A stretch of 64,000 bases of DNA from Flavobacteriales bacterium (GCA_041391845.1 JAWKNG010000005.1:17381-81380), one strand, 5' to 3'. Positions 8,120 through 20,434 are shown, counted from the first letter of the stretch. Program-made: numbers and translations. The notes: generated by a model not told the origin, from the letters alone.

Positions 8120-10714
8120 ATGTCGTTCCGTGCCCTCCTATTCGCGCTGGTGGTCCTCCATGCTCCGCTGCTCAGCGCCCAGTTCCAGGACGACTTCAGC
8201 GATGGCGACTTCACCAATGCTCCGGCGTGGGAGGGCGATGCGGCGGTGTTCATCGTCAACGGCAACAATGAGCTGCAACTGAGCAATACCGTGGCGGCCA
8301 CCAGTCAGTTGCGCAGCGCCAACACCATGGCCACGCTCAACGACATGGAGTGGCGGATCAAGGTGCGACAGAGCTTCGCGGGTAGTGGGAGCAACTTCGG
8401 GCGGGTGTACCTCGTGAGCGATCAGGCCGACCTCACAGGCCCTCTGAACGGTTATTACCTTCAGTTCGGTGAGGCCGGCAGCGCCGACGCGATCGAGCTC
8501 TTCGAACAGACCGGCACCACCAGTGCTTCCATTTGCCGCGGCACCGACGGGGCCATTGCCAACAGCTTTACTGCTGGCATACAGGTGAAGCGCGACGCTG
8601 GCGGCACGTGGCAGTTGTTGGTGGACTTGACGGGAGGAACGAACTATGTATTGCAAGCCTCGGGCCTGGGTACCGCGCACACCAGTAGTGCGTTCATCGG
8701 CGTGCGCTGCACCTACACAGTGAGCAATGCGGATGGGTTCTTCTACGACGACCTCTACGCCGGACCGGCCATCATCGACCTCACACCACCGAGCCTCATC
8801 AGCGCAACGGCCGTAGCAGTGGACCAGGTGGAACTGGTGTTCAGTGAAGCGGTGGACGAAGCGACGGCAGAGGCGATCGGCAACTTCGCCCTCACTCCTT
8901 CCATCGGTGTGAACAGCGCGATCCGCAGCGAACTGGACCAGGCGCGGGTGCTGCTTTTCCTCGGTTCGGCCCTCGCCAATGGCGGCGGTTACACGGTAAC
9001 TGTGAACGGCGTGCAGGACCTGGCCGGCAATACCCTGGTGAACGGGACCGCGAACTTCACCTACTTGGTACCGTCTGCAGCAGGTCCGCGCGATGTGGTC
9101 ATCAATGAGTTCATGGCGGACCCTACGCCGACGGTGGGCCTCCCGGAGGTGGAGTACCTGGAGCTCTACAACGCCACCACCGACCAGACCTTCGACCTGG
9201 CCGGCTGGACCTTCAGCGATGGCGGCACGCCGGTAACCTTCCCCAGTTACGCGCTTGGACCCGGTGCGTACGTACTGGTGGTGACACAGGCCAACCTCGG
9301 CCTCTTTCCAACGGTTTCCAACAAGGTCGGGATGAGCAGTCTGCCTGCGCTGAACAACGATGGCGATGCCCTGAGCCTGCGCAGCGACGACGGCAGCTTG
9401 ATCGATGCAGTGACCTATGCGCTCAGCTGGTACCAGGACGCCGTGAAGGACGATGGCGGCTGGAGCCTGGAGCAGATCGATCCCTTCAGCCCGTGCAGCG
9501 GTGCCGCGAACTGGAGGGCTTCCAACGCATCTGTGGGCGGCACACCGGGTGCTCAGAACAGCGTCTTCGCGGTAGTCCCGGACGTCATCCCACCCACATT
9601 CTCCGCAGTGCTCGTGCCCTCCACCACCAGCCTGGTGCTGCGCTTCAGCGAACCGATGGATGCCGCCAGCATCGCCGGTGGCACGTACATTATTTCCCCC
9701 GCAGTGGCCGTGCTCAGTGCAGTTGCCACCGGTGCCGATGCCGCCACGTTGCTGCTTGGAGAAGGGCTCACCATCGGCCAGGTCTACACCATCAGCATCA
9801 GCGGTCAGCGCGACTGCCCCGGCAACCTCATCGGCGCGGGCAGCAGTCGTTCGTTCGCGTTGCCGGAAGCCGCCGAAGCGGGTGACATCGTCATCAATGA
9901 AGTACTGTACGACCCCTTTGTGGATGGCGTGGACTTTGTGGAACTGTACAACCGGTCGGACAAGACCTTGAGCCTGGCGTCGCTCCAATTGGCCAACGTG
10001 GGCATTGGTGGCATCGGCAGCGTACTGCCCATCACCACCGACCTCCTGCTCCTGCCCGACGAATACGCGGTGATCACCACTGACCTTGCCGCCACCCTGC
10101 GCTTCTATCCACAGACCCGCACCGACCGGGTGGTGGTGAACAGCATGCCGAGCTACAACAACGGAGAAGGCACGGTGCTCCTGCTCACTGCGGATGGCGA
10201 CACCTTGGACCTGTTCCGCTACTCGGACGACCTGCATTTCGGACTGGTGAACCAGCCGGAGGGTTACAGCTTGGAGCGCGTCGATCCATCACGCCCCGCG
10301 GACGATGCCACCAACTGGCAGACCGCTGCGGAACAGGCTGGCAAGGCCACGCCCGGCTACCGGAACTCACAGTTCGCCGAGGCTCCCGCACCCACGGGCG
10401 AGCTCACGATCGAGCCGGCCATCTTCAGTCCCGACAACGATGGCTTCCAGGACCTTCTCACTCTCAGTTACCGCTTTGAGCAGCCGGGCTTCGTGGGCAG
10501 CATCACCATCTTCGACATCGCCGGAAGGGCTGTGCGTGCACTGGTACAGAGCCAGCTGCTGGGTGTGGAAGGCGCGTACAGCTGGGATGGCCTCACCGAT
10601 GAGGGCAGCAAGGCCCGCATGGGCCCGTACATCGTGGTGCTGGAAGCCTTCGATCTGAGCGGCAACGTGGAGACCTTCCGCCGCACAGTGACCCTGGCGC
10701 ATCGCCTGGAATGA
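8120..10714 (+). CDS. Secreted multidomain protein with two lamin-tail (LTD) domains, Ig-like repeats and a CHU_C/T9SS-type C-terminal sorting domain
   Basis: Signal peptide MSFRALLFALVVLHAPLLSAQ. LTD signatures VVINEFMADPTP...EYLELYN and IVINEVLYDP...FVELYN. The C-terminus contains IFSPDNDGFQD...ITIFDIAGR. Confidence 0.75.
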   Translation: MSFRALLFALVVLHAPLLSAQFQDDFSDGDFTNAPAWEGDAAVFIVNGNNELQLSNTVAATSQLRSANTMATLNDMEWRIKVRQSFAGSGSNFGRVYLVSDQADLTGPLNGYYLQFGEAGSADAIELFEQTGTTSASICRGTDGAIANSFTAGIQVKRDAGGTWQLLVDLTGGTNYVLQASGLGTAHTSSAFIGVRCTYTVSNADGFFYDDLYAGPAIIDLTPPSLISATAVAVDQVELVFSEAVDEATAEAIGNFALTPSIGVNSAIRSELDQARVLLFLGSALANGGGYTVTVNGVQDLAGNTLVNGTANFTYLVPSAAGPRDVVINEFMADPTPTVGLPEVEYLELYNATTDQTFDLAGWTFSDGGTPVTFPSYALGPGAYVLVVTQANLGLFPTVSNKVGMSSLPALNNDGDALSLRSDDGSLIDAVTYALSWYQDAVKDDGGWSLEQIDPFSPCSGAANWRASNASVGGTPGAQNSVFAVVPDVIPPTFSAVLVPSTTSLVLRFSEPMDAASIAGGTYIISPAVAVLSAVATGADAATLLLGEGLTIGQVYTISISGQRDCPGNLIGAGSSRSFALPEAAEAGDIVINEVLYDPFVDGVDFVELYNRSDKTLSLASLQLANVGIGGIGSVLPITTDLLLLPDEYAVITTDLAATLRFYPQTRTDRVVVNSMPSYNNGEGTVLLLTADGDTLDLFRYSDDLHFGLVNQPEGYSLERVDPSRPADDATNWQTAAEQAGKATPGYRNSQFAEAPAPTGELTIEPAIFSPDNDGFQDLLTLSYRFEQPGFVGSITIFDIAGRAVRALVQSQLLGVEGAYSWDGLTDEGSKARMGPYIVVLEAFDLSGNVETFRRTVTLAHRLE

Positions 10715-12129
10715 GGACCGCGAACTACCTCGCAGGAGTGTGGCAGGAGCAGGGTGAAGCGTTGCACACTGTGCGCGATGCCTATACCGGAGCAGTTATC
10801 GCTGAAGTGTCCCTGGCCGATGCTTCCGCCATGGATAAGGCCATTGCATCAGCGGCGGACGCGCGAAGCACCCTGGAAGCCCTTGGAGCTGAGGAACGCG
10901 CAGCACGCTTGGAACACTTGGCTGCGACGCTCTTCGATCGCAGTGAAGAGTTCGCACAGCTCATCCGACGCGAAGCGGGCAAGCCGATCACGTATGCGAG
11001 GACCGAAGTTGCACGCGCGATCACCACTGTGAAGCTGGCAGCTGCAGCGGGGCTGCAACTGCAGGATGAAGAGATCGATGTGGACTACGATGCAGGGCGA
11101 GGCAGACGCGCTTGGGTACGTCGTGTACCGGTCGGAGTGGTGGCGGCCATCACACCGTTCAACTTCCCGCTGAACCTGGTGTTGCACAAGGTGGCGCCTG
11201 CCCTGGCCATGGGCTGTCCGGTGGTGTTGAAGCCAGCACCGCAGACCCCATTGACCGCATTGCTGTTGGCCGAATTGATCGATGCGTTACGGTTCCCTGC
11301 AGGCAGCTTCAGTACGGTACCGTGCAACACGGGGGTCGCTGAGCAACTGGTGAAGGACGAGCGCGTGGCCCTCCTCAGCTTCACCGGTAGCGACTCAGTG
11401 GGCTGGCGGCTCAAGGAGATCTGCGGTCGCAAGCGCGTAGCCTTGGAACTGGGCGGCAATGCCGCAGTGATCGTGGACGAAGGCACCGACCTGGCAAGCG
11501 CTGCCACGCTCATTGCGCAGGGAGCCTTCGCTTATGCCGGGCAGACCTGCATCAGCACCCAGCGGATCTATGTAGTGGAGCCGCTCTTCGCCGCGTTCCG
11601 CGATGCGCTTCTGGAAGCCACACAGCACATTGTCAGTGGAGATCCCGCACGCGCAGAGGTGCACAATGGACCGCTCATCGATGCACACCACTGCGCCCGC
11701 ATTGCACGCTGGGTGGAGGAAGCACAACAAGCCGGTGCCACGGTGCTTTGCGGGGGCCAGGTGTTGGACCCAGCGCACAACGTGTATGCCCCCACCCTGC
11801 TCACAGGCACACGACCGAGCATGCGCATCAACGCGGATGAAGCCTTCGGTCCCGTGGCTGTAGTGGAACCAGCGCGTGACTTCGACGACGCCCTTCAGCT
11901 GGTGAACGCATCCCGCTTCGGCCTTCAAGCAGGTCTCTTCAGCACCAACGAACACCACATCCAGCGCGCCTTTGCTGAACTGGAAGTGGGCGGTCTCATC
12001 ATCAACGGTGCGCCCGGACTGCGGGTGGATGGCATGCCATATGGCGGGGTGAAGCACAGTGGACTGGGTCGTGAAGGGCCGCGTTACACCATGGATGAGA
12101 TGAGCGAACGGCGTGTGCTGCTGCGCTGA
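10711..12129 (+). CDS. NAD(P)+-dependent aldehyde dehydrogenase
   Basis: ALDH family: catalytic Cys in GQTCIS, ELGGNA motif, ITPFNFP. Its ATG overlaps the upstream gene's stop (ATGA at 10711-10714). Confidence 0.85.
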   Translation: MRTANYLAGVWQEQGEALHTVRDAYTGAVIAEVSLADASAMDKAIASAADARSTLEALGAEERAARLEHLAATLFDRSEEFAQLIRREAGKPITYARTEVARAITTVKLAAAAGLQLQDEEIDVDYDAGRGRRAWVRRVPVGVVAAITPFNFPLNLVLHKVAPALAMGCPVVLKPAPQTPLTALLLAELIDALRFPAGSFSTVPCNTGVAEQLVKDERVALLSFTGSDSVGWRLKEICGRKRVALELGGNAAVIVDEGTDLASAATLIAQGAFAYAGQTCISTQRIYVVEPLFAAFRDALLEATQHIVSGDPARAEVHNGPLIDAHHCARIARWVEEAQQAGATVLCGGQVLDPAHNVYAPTLLTGTRPSMRINADEAFGPVAVVEPARDFDDALQLVNASRFGLQAGLFSTNEHHIQRAFAELEVGGLIINGAPGLRVDGMPYGGVKHSGLGREGPRYTMDEMSERRVLLR

Positions 12130-12187
12130 ACGGCGCATAGGGCTTGCGTTTCCCCGCGCATTGGTATAGATTGCTCATCCATTTACC

Positions 12188-12210
12188 GGTGGTGGCCGAT
12201 CCGCACCACC
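12188..12210 (+). terminator. Possible stem-loop (GGTGGTG-N9-CACCACC) downstream of the ALDH gene
   Basis: An inverted repeat is visible, but there is no U-tract, so its role as a terminator is uncertain. Confidence 0.2.
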
Positions 12211-12226
12211 TCAATGCCACGGTTCA

Positions 12227-15200
12227 ATGGCCCGTTCTTTACGCTCTTTCAAGACCCCGCTCACCTTCAGCCTCATCGCTGGTGTGGTGGGTCTTTCCGC
12301 CTTCAACGCCTTGGGTGTGAAGGAGCAGCCAGCAACCACCACGGGCGCGAAAAGCGCAGTGCCCACATCGGACTTCACCAACTTCGAATCGGCGCATGTG
12401 CACCCATTGGAGCTGACGCCCGACGGCACCAAACTGCTCGCGGTGAACACGGGGAACAACAGCCTGGAGGTGTTCCTGGTGACGCCGGCCGGATTGGCCC
12501 ATGCGAAGACCATTCCCGTGGGCCTTGAGCCCGTGAGCGTAAGAGCTCGGACCAATGGTGAGGCTTGGGTGGTGTGCCAGGTGAGCGACGAGGTGAGCGT
12601 GGTGGACCTCACGCTGGGCGCCACCATCCGGAGCGTTCTCACCGAAAATGAACCTGCCGATGTGGTCTTTGCCGGATCGCCGCAGAAAGCCTTCGTCAGC
12701 TGTGCCGAACAGGAGCTTGTGCAGGTGTTCGACCCCGCCAACCCCGCCACAGCGCCCACAGTGGTATTGTTGAAGGGCGAACAGCCACGCGCTCTGGCGG
12801 TGAGCCCCGATGGCAGCACGGTGTACTGCGCCTTCTTCGAGAGCGGCAACCAGACCACGGTGGTGCCCGGTAATGCCTTTCACGCCGCCGGCTTCTGCTC
12901 GGTGCAGGGTGGTGCGTGTACCACGGTTCCCAGTGACGTGACCAACCCGGCCGGGCCGTATGGCGGGGTTGTGCCCGTGCCCAATGCTGGCAGCGGCTTC
13001 AACCCGCCAATGAACCCGAACAACCCCGCCATGGACGCCAACCACAGCCTTGTGGTGCGCAAGAACGCGGCCGGGCAGTGGATGGATGACAACGGAGGCA
13101 ATTGGACCACCATCGTCACTGGTGGCCTGCCAGGAACCGCGCGTATCGCAGGCTGGGACATGCCCGACCGCGACGTGGCGATGATCAATGCCAACAACCC
13201 CACCACCGCAGGTGTCACGTACAAGCAGCACCTGGGCAACATCCTCATGGCGATGTCGGTGCATCCTACGAGCGGTGAGGTCTACGTGGTGGGCACGGAC
13301 GCAACCAACGAAGTGCGCTTCGAGCCCAATCTGCGCGGCAAGTTCCTGCGGGTGAACGTGTCACGCTTCGCCCCGGCCGGCAGCCCGCTCATCGCCGACC
13401 TCAATCCGCACATCAACTACAGCACCCACAGCTCGCCACCTGTGCTGAGGAAGCAGTCCGTGGGCGACCCGCGGGGCATCGCATGGAAGGCCGACGGCAG
13501 CAAGGCCTATGTCACGGGCATGGGCAGCAACAACGTCATCACCATCACACCCACCGGCAGCCGCACCGTGCCGGACCCGATCGTGGTGGGGGAAGGTCCA
13601 ACGGGCATTGTGCTGGACGAGGTGAACGGCCGCGCTTACGTGCTCAACAAGTTCGGCGCGTCGGTCTCCACCATCGACCTCACGAGCGATGAGGAGGTGG
13701 CGCGCACGGGCTTCTTCGATCCCACGCCGGAGATCATCCGCAAGGGACGCAAGCATCTTTACAATACACACGAAGGCAGTGGACACGGCCACATCAGCTG
13801 CGGCTCATGCCACGTGGATGGCCGCTGGGACCGGCTCGCCTGGGACCTCGGCAACCCGGCGGGCGACCCGGTCACGGTGACCGATCCGGCAGGCAACAAG
13901 ACCTTCCACCCGATGAAGGGATTGAAGACCACCCAGTTCCTCATCGATATCATCGACCGGGGCACGGGCAAGCTGCATTGGCGCGGTGACAAGGGCAGCT
14001 TCCACGATTTCGCCGGTGCTTTCGAGGACCTGCAGGGCACTGAAGCACCGCTCGATCCGGTGGGCATGCAGGAGTTCTCCGACTTCCTCAATGCCACCTG
14101 GCATGTCCCCAACCCCTACCGCACCATACGTCCTGACAGCTCCGTGGCCGCAAGTGTGGAGCGCATGCCCGGTCGTGTACGCCTGACCGGTACCAGCTTC
14201 CAGAACGTGCCGGCGGCAGGTGTGCGGCTGTTCGTGGCGGTGAACGTCAACTGCTCGCACTGCCACCAGACCGGCAGCGGCCGCGGACATCTGCCCGGCA
14301 ACGGCACCAACATCAGCGCCGGCCAGGTGAACATGACCAACAACACGAACATGGTGCCCGACCTGCGAACGGTGTACCGCAAGAACGGCTTCTTCTACAA
14401 CACCACTGAATGCACCAGTGGCTTCGGTCTGATGGCGGATGGCGTGATGGAGACCCGCTTCAACAACCCGGGCGTCAGCGGCCACTACTTCGGCGACTAT
14501 GAGCCCGAGCTGCTCAGTTGGAGCGGAGGCATCACCCAGGCGAACAGCCCGCAGAGCCACCAGTTCAGTTTGGCACATCCGGTGCATGACGCGCTTCCGG
14601 CGGTGGGCATGCGCATGACCATCAACGGCAGCGTGGGCAGTGTGGGCCGCGTGAACAGCATGAAGACCTACATGGTGGAAAAGTATCCGGCTGACTATGC
14701 CTTGGTGGTGAAGGGCTTGTACGAGGGCGAAGCGCGCGGCTTCTACTACATCGGCAGCAACACCTACCAGAGCGACCTCGCGGGGCAGACCGTGACCCAC
14801 GCGCAGTTGCTCGCCGCGGCACAGGCGGGATCGCCGCTCACCTGGACCGTGGTGCACCCCAGCACCAAGATCCGCCACGGTGTTGATCGCGACAGCGATG
14901 GCATCTTCGACTACCAGGACGGCGACGCCGAGCTGGCGCTGAGCCTGTACTTGGAAGGTGCCTTCACGGGTAGCGGTATGCGTACGGACCTGCGCGCGGC
15001 AGGCCTGTTGCCGAGCAACGACCCATACGGCGATGGCGAAGCGCTGAAGCCTGAACTACTGGAGCGCACGGGCAGTGGTGCCCCGGTCGATTGGGTGTGG
15101 CTGGAGCTGCGCGATGCGACCGATGCGGCAGAAGTGATCGATGGACGCGCCTGTCTCGTACTGGCCAATGGCGAAGTGGTGATGGCCGATGGCACAGCTC

Positions 15201-15631
15201 CGGTGATCTTCCCACAAGCGCCACGCGGCAGCTACTACGTGATGGCCACCCACCGCAATCACCTCGGTGTGATGACCGCTGCCGCTCATCCCATGGGCCA
15301 GGGTGTCCTGCGACTTGATCTGCGATCTGATGTGTTGGCCACCTACGGCACGGACGCTCAACGAAGCCTGGGCAGCGTGCGTGCGCTATGGGCGGGCGAT
15401 GTGAACGGGGACGGCGCGCTGCGCTACACCGGTGCCAACAACGACCGTGATCCCATTCTGGCCCGTATTGGCGGCAGCGTGCCCACTGCAACGGTCAGCG
15501 GCTACTTCAACGAGGATGTGGACCTCAATGGCTTCGTTCGCTACAGTGGTTCAGCCAATGACCGGGACCCCCTCCTGCAGAACATCGGTGGCAGTGTTCC
15601 AACGAACACGCGCGAGCAACAGCTGCCTTAG
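12227..15631 (+). CDS. Secreted fusion protein: YVTN/lactonase-type beta-propeller, di-haem cytochrome c peroxidase-like domain and C-terminal dockerin-like Ca-binding repeats
   Basis: Signal peptide. Repeated blade motifs (YVTGMGSNNVITI, YVVGTDATNEV, AYVLNKFGASVSTIDL). Two CxxCH haem sites (SCGSCH, CSHCH). C-terminal GDVNGDGALRYTGANNDRDP and DVDLNGFVRYSGSANDRDP repeats. Confidence 0.7.
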   Translation: MARSLRSFKTPLTFSLIAGVVGLSAFNALGVKEQPATTTGAKSAVPTSDFTNFESAHVHPLELTPDGTKLLAVNTGNNSLEVFLVTPAGLAHAKTIPVGLEPVSVRARTNGEAWVVCQVSDEVSVVDLTLGATIRSVLTENEPADVVFAGSPQKAFVSCAEQELVQVFDPANPATAPTVVLLKGEQPRALAVSPDGSTVYCAFFESGNQTTVVPGNAFHAAGFCSVQGGACTTVPSDVTNPAGPYGGVVPVPNAGSGFNPPMNPNNPAMDANHSLVVRKNAAGQWMDDNGGNWTTIVTGGLPGTARIAGWDMPDRDVAMINANNPTTAGVTYKQHLGNILMAMSVHPTSGEVYVVGTDATNEVRFEPNLRGKFLRVNVSRFAPAGSPLIADLNPHINYSTHSSPPVLRKQSVGDPRGIAWKADGSKAYVTGMGSNNVITITPTGSRTVPDPIVVGEGPTGIVLDEVNGRAYVLNKFGASVSTIDLTSDEEVARTGFFDPTPEIIRKGRKHLYNTHEGSGHGHISCGSCHVDGRWDRLAWDLGNPAGDPVTVTDPAGNKTFHPMKGLKTTQFLIDIIDRGTGKLHWRGDKGSFHDFAGAFEDLQGTEAPLDPVGMQEFSDFLNATWHVPNPYRTIRPDSSVAASVERMPGRVRLTGTSFQNVPAAGVRLFVAVNVNCSHCHQTGSGRGHLPGNGTNISAGQVNMTNNTNMVPDLRTVYRKNGFFYNTTECTSGFGLMADGVMETRFNNPGVSGHYFGDYEPELLSWSGGITQANSPQSHQFSLAHPVHDALPAVGMRMTINGSVGSVGRVNSMKTYMVEKYPADYALVVKGLYEGEARGFYYIGSNTYQSDLAGQTVTHAQLLAAAQAGSPLTWTVVHPSTKIRHGVDRDSDGIFDYQDGDAELALSLYLEGAFTGSGMRTDLRAAGLLPSNDPYGDGEALKPELLERTGSGAPVDWVWLELRDATDAAEVIDGRACLVLANGEVVMADGTAPVIFPQAPRGSYYVMATHRNHLGVMTAAAHPMGQGVLRLDLRSDVLATYGTDAQRSLGSVRALWAGDVNGDGALRYTGANNDRDPILARIGGSVPTATVSGYFNEDVDLNGFVRYSGSANDRDPLLQNIGGSVPTNTREQQLP

Positions 15632-15653
15632 CCCGCACTGTGCCCGATCGTGA

Positions 15654-16673
15654 TCAGCCCTTCGCCGCCTTCTCCAGCTTGTCGATCCGCTCCACGATGC
15701 GGTCCAGATTGCGGAAGTGGATGTAGCTCTTGCGGTACTTCTGCACCTCGAAGGCCGGTGAGCCCATGTAGGCTTCGCCCGCCTTCGTGTCCTTGCTGAT
15801 GCCGCTCTGCGCCGCGATGATCGTCCCGTCGGCGATCTTCAGGTGGCCGATGATGCCCACCTGCCCGCTGAACATGCAGTTCTTCCCGATCTTGGTACTG
15901 CCCGCCACGACGCCACCCGCAGCGTAGTAGGTGTTCTCCCCCACCTCCACGTTGTGCGCGATGTGGATGAGGTTGTCGAACTTGACCCCACGGCGAAGGA
16001 TCGTGCTGCCCAGCGTGGCCCGGTCGATGGCGCAGTTGGCACCGATCTCCACATCGTCCTCGATCACCACGTTGCCGATCTGCGGGATCTTCTCCGCCGC
16101 ATTGGGTCCAGTGGCGAAGCGGAAGCCATCGCTGCCGATCACCGTGCCGCTGTGGATGATGCAGTTGGCGCCCACCACGCAATCCGAATAGATCGTCACG
16201 TTGGCGAAGACGGTGGTGTTGTCACCGATGGTCACGTTGTCGCCGATGTAGGCGTGGGGGTAGACCTTCACGTTGTTGCCCAGCTTCGCGTTGGCGCCTA
16301 TGTAAGCCAGCGCACCGATGTAGCAGTCCGTACCGTAGGTGGCGCCCTCCTCGATCACCGCCTGTGGTGAGATGCCCTTCTTGTCCAGCTTGATGGTGTT
16401 GTACATGGCCAGCACCTTCGCAAACGCGCCCTGCGCATCGGCCACGCGTACCAGGGTGGTCTTCACAGGAGCCGTCAGTTCGAAAGCCTGCCCGATGATC
16501 ACCACGCTGGCGGTTGTGCCGTACACGTACTGGGTGTAGGCCGGGTTGGCGAGGAAGGACAGGGACCCTTCGCCACCTTCCTCGATCTTCGAGAGCTTGC
16601 TGACGGTGGCGTTGGGATCGCCTTCCACGGTGCCTTGGAGGAGCTGGGCGATCTGTGCGGCGGTGAATTGCAT
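15654..16673 (-). CDS. lpxD: UDP-3-O-(3-hydroxyacyl)glucosamine N-acyltransferase
   Basis: MQFTAAQIAQLLQGTVEGDP... with left-handed beta-helix hexapeptide repeats; 339 aa counted from the internal Met. Confidence 0.9.
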   Translation of the reverse strand: MQFTAAQIAQLLQGTVEGDPNATVSKLSKIEEGGEGSLSFLANPAYTQYVYGTTASVVIIGQAFELTAPVKTTLVRVADAQGAFAKVLAMYNTIKLDKKGISPQAVIEEGATYGTDCYIGALAYIGANAKLGNNVKVYPHAYIGDNVTIGDNTTVFANVTIYSDCVVGANCIIHSGTVIGSDGFRFATGPNAAEKIPQIGNVVIEDDVEIGANCAIDRATLGSTILRRGVKFDNLIHIAHNVEVGENTYYAAGGVVAGSTKIGKNCMFSGQVGIIGHLKIADGTIIAAQSGISKDTKAGEAYMGSPAFEVQKYRKSYIHFRNLDRIVERIDKLEKAAKG

Positions 16674-16867
16674 GGAGGTGGATAGGAATGGACCGCCAAG
16701 GTAGGGGGGAGAGTGGCGAATGCGAGTTCGGCCCGCGGCCATCGAGTGGTGCGTGAATGCCACGTGGCGATAAGCGCCGGACTTGGGGCATTTACTCGCC
16801 ACTCATCCCATCTTGGATCGAAGACGGATCCCCACGGGCGAAGCCCATCCCCGATCTTTGGCCATTG

Positions 16868-18664
<1,797 letters not shown>

Positions 18665-18680
18665 CGCATACCTTCACCCC

Positions 18681-19436
18681 ATGCAGCCTTGCACTAACTG
18701 CGGACAGCCCTTCTCGAGCGCCTTCTGCCCGGCCTGCGGGCAGAAGCACATGAAGCCCGGCATCCAGCTCGGGCAGGTGCTGGGCCAGTTCGTGGGCGGG
18801 CTGTTCAACCTGGATGCGCCACTACCGCACACCCTGCGCAGCTTCTTCACCGGGCCGGGGCGCCTGACGCGCAGTTACGTGGCCGGGCAACGCGCAGCCT
18901 ACACCCCGCCAGTGCGCCTGTTCCTGCTGGGCGTGGGCTTCTACTACCTGATGCGCTGGGTGCTGCAGTGGGACCCCGTGGATGCGGCGGTGATGGCCAG
19001 CGGCAATGGCGCAGTGCCCGACACGCCGGCCATGCAGGTGAACCACTGGATGAGCCGCAATGTGAACCTGCTGCTGCCGATCCTGATGACGATGCTCGCC
19101 AGCTTCGACCGGCTGCTGTTCCCGCGCACCACGCTCAACTGGACCGAGCGCCTGGTGCATTACCTCTTTGCGGTGGGCACCTATCTCATTGCCGCCACGC
19201 TGCTGATCCCCCTGTACCAGTTCTGGCCGGGCCTGCAGCTGCTGGGCATGCTCACCATCTTCGGCATCCTCATCGCGGCAGCCATCGCGCTGCACCGCAT
19301 CACCGCATGGAACGTGGTGAAGGCGGTGTTGATGGTGCCGGTGACCTTCATGCTGTACGTAGTGCTGTGTACCGTGCTTGTGGCGCTGCTGCTGAACGTG
19401 CCTCTCGACCAACTGATGCAGCGGCCACCGCGATGA
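18681..19436 (+). CDS. DUF3667-family protein (N-terminal zinc ribbon plus polytopic membrane region), paralogue 1
   Basis: MQPCTNCGQPFSSAFCPACGQKH followed by several TM helices. Its stop overlaps the next ATG (ATGA). Confidence 0.65.
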   Translation: MQPCTNCGQPFSSAFCPACGQKHMKPGIQLGQVLGQFVGGLFNLDAPLPHTLRSFFTGPGRLTRSYVAGQRAAYTPPVRLFLLGVGFYYLMRWVLQWDPVDAAVMASGNGAVPDTPAMQVNHWMSRNVNLLLPILMTMLASFDRLLFPRTTLNWTERLVHYLFAVGTYLIAATLLIPLYQFWPGLQLLGMLTIFGILIAAAIALHRITAWNVVKAVLMVPVTFMLYVVLCTVLVALLLNVPLDQLMQRPPR

Positions 19437-20434
19437 GACCGAAGGTCTCGGTCCTGCTGCCCTATCACAGTGCCGCTGCGACGATCGATGGCGCAGTGGC
19501 CAGTATCGTGGCACAGACCTTTTCGGAATGGGAACTCCTGCTTATCGATAACGCCTGTACCGACGAAAGCACCTCCATCGCCCTCCGATGGGCCGATCGC
19601 GATCCACGCATCCTCCTGCTGCACGAATCCCGCATCGGCATCGCACACGCGCTCAACAGCGGTCTCGCACAAGCCAAAGGCCGCTACATCGCCCGTATGG
19701 ATGCCGACGACGTGAGCCACCCGGAGCGCCTGGCGATGCAAGTGGCCTACCTCGATACGCATCCGGAGATCGGCGTGCTGGGCACACGCACCGCCTTCGC
19801 CAGCACCATGCAAGAGAGCCGCGGCATGCAAGCCTTCGTGGACTGGCAGAACGCGATCCTGTCGCCGCATGAGCACTACGTGAAGCGCTTCGTGGACGCG
19901 CCCCTTGCGCACCCCACGGTGATGTTCCGCCGCGAAATGGTGGAGCAATTCGGCAGATACGATACAGGACCACTACCCGAGGACCACGAGCTCTGGTTGC
20001 GCTGGATGGACGCCGGTGTGCGCTTCACGAAGCTGCCCGAGGAACTGCTCACCTGGAACGATCATGCGCATCGCCTGAGCCGCACGCACCCCAACTACAG
20101 CGTGGACGCCATTTTCAGCACCAAGGTGAAGTGGCTGGCGCAGTGGCTGAAGCGGAGGTTGAACGGCCGGCCGGTCATCATCGCGGGCACCAGTGTGCTG
20201 TGCCAGGAACGGGCTGCTTTGTTGCAGGCGGCGGGCATCGCAGTGCATGCCTACACCGATGTGAAGGGGCGCGGGGTACCGGGCAGCACCTTCATCCCGC
20301 ACGACCACCTGCCGCCCCCAGGCGAGGCTTTCATCGTGTCGCTCATCAGCCAGCGGGGTACCGGGGATCGCATCGCGGAATACTTGGCCAGTAGGGGCCT
20401 TACTGAAGGAGTCGACTTCATCCTTGCGGCTTGA
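19433..20434 (+). CDS. Family 2 glycosyltransferase (GT-A) with C-terminal extension
   Basis: VSVLLPYHSAAATIDGAVASIVAQTF...LLLIDNACTD...ARMDADD (DxD); 333 aa. Confidence 0.8.
   Translation: MRPKVSVLLPYHSAAATIDGAVASIVAQTFSEWELLLIDNACTDESTSIALRWADRDPRILLLHESRIGIAHALNSGLAQAKGRYIARMDADDVSHPERLAMQVAYLDTHPEIGVLGTRTAFASTMQESRGMQAFVDWQNAILSPHEHYVKRFVDAPLAHPTVMFRREMVEQFGRYDTGPLPEDHELWLRWMDAGVRFTKLPEELLTWNDHAHRLSRTHPNYSVDAIFSTKVKWLAQWLKRRLNGRPVIIAGTSVLCQERAALLQAAGIAVHAYTDVKGRGVPGSTFIPHDHLPPPGEAFIVSLISQRGTGDRIAEYLASRGLTEGVDFILAA

Noticed and set aside
12188-12210. Inverted repeats after gene ends (12188-12210, 41711-41738) as canonical rho-independent terminators
   Set aside because: Neither is followed by a U-tract. 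They are kept only as low-confidence hairpins.
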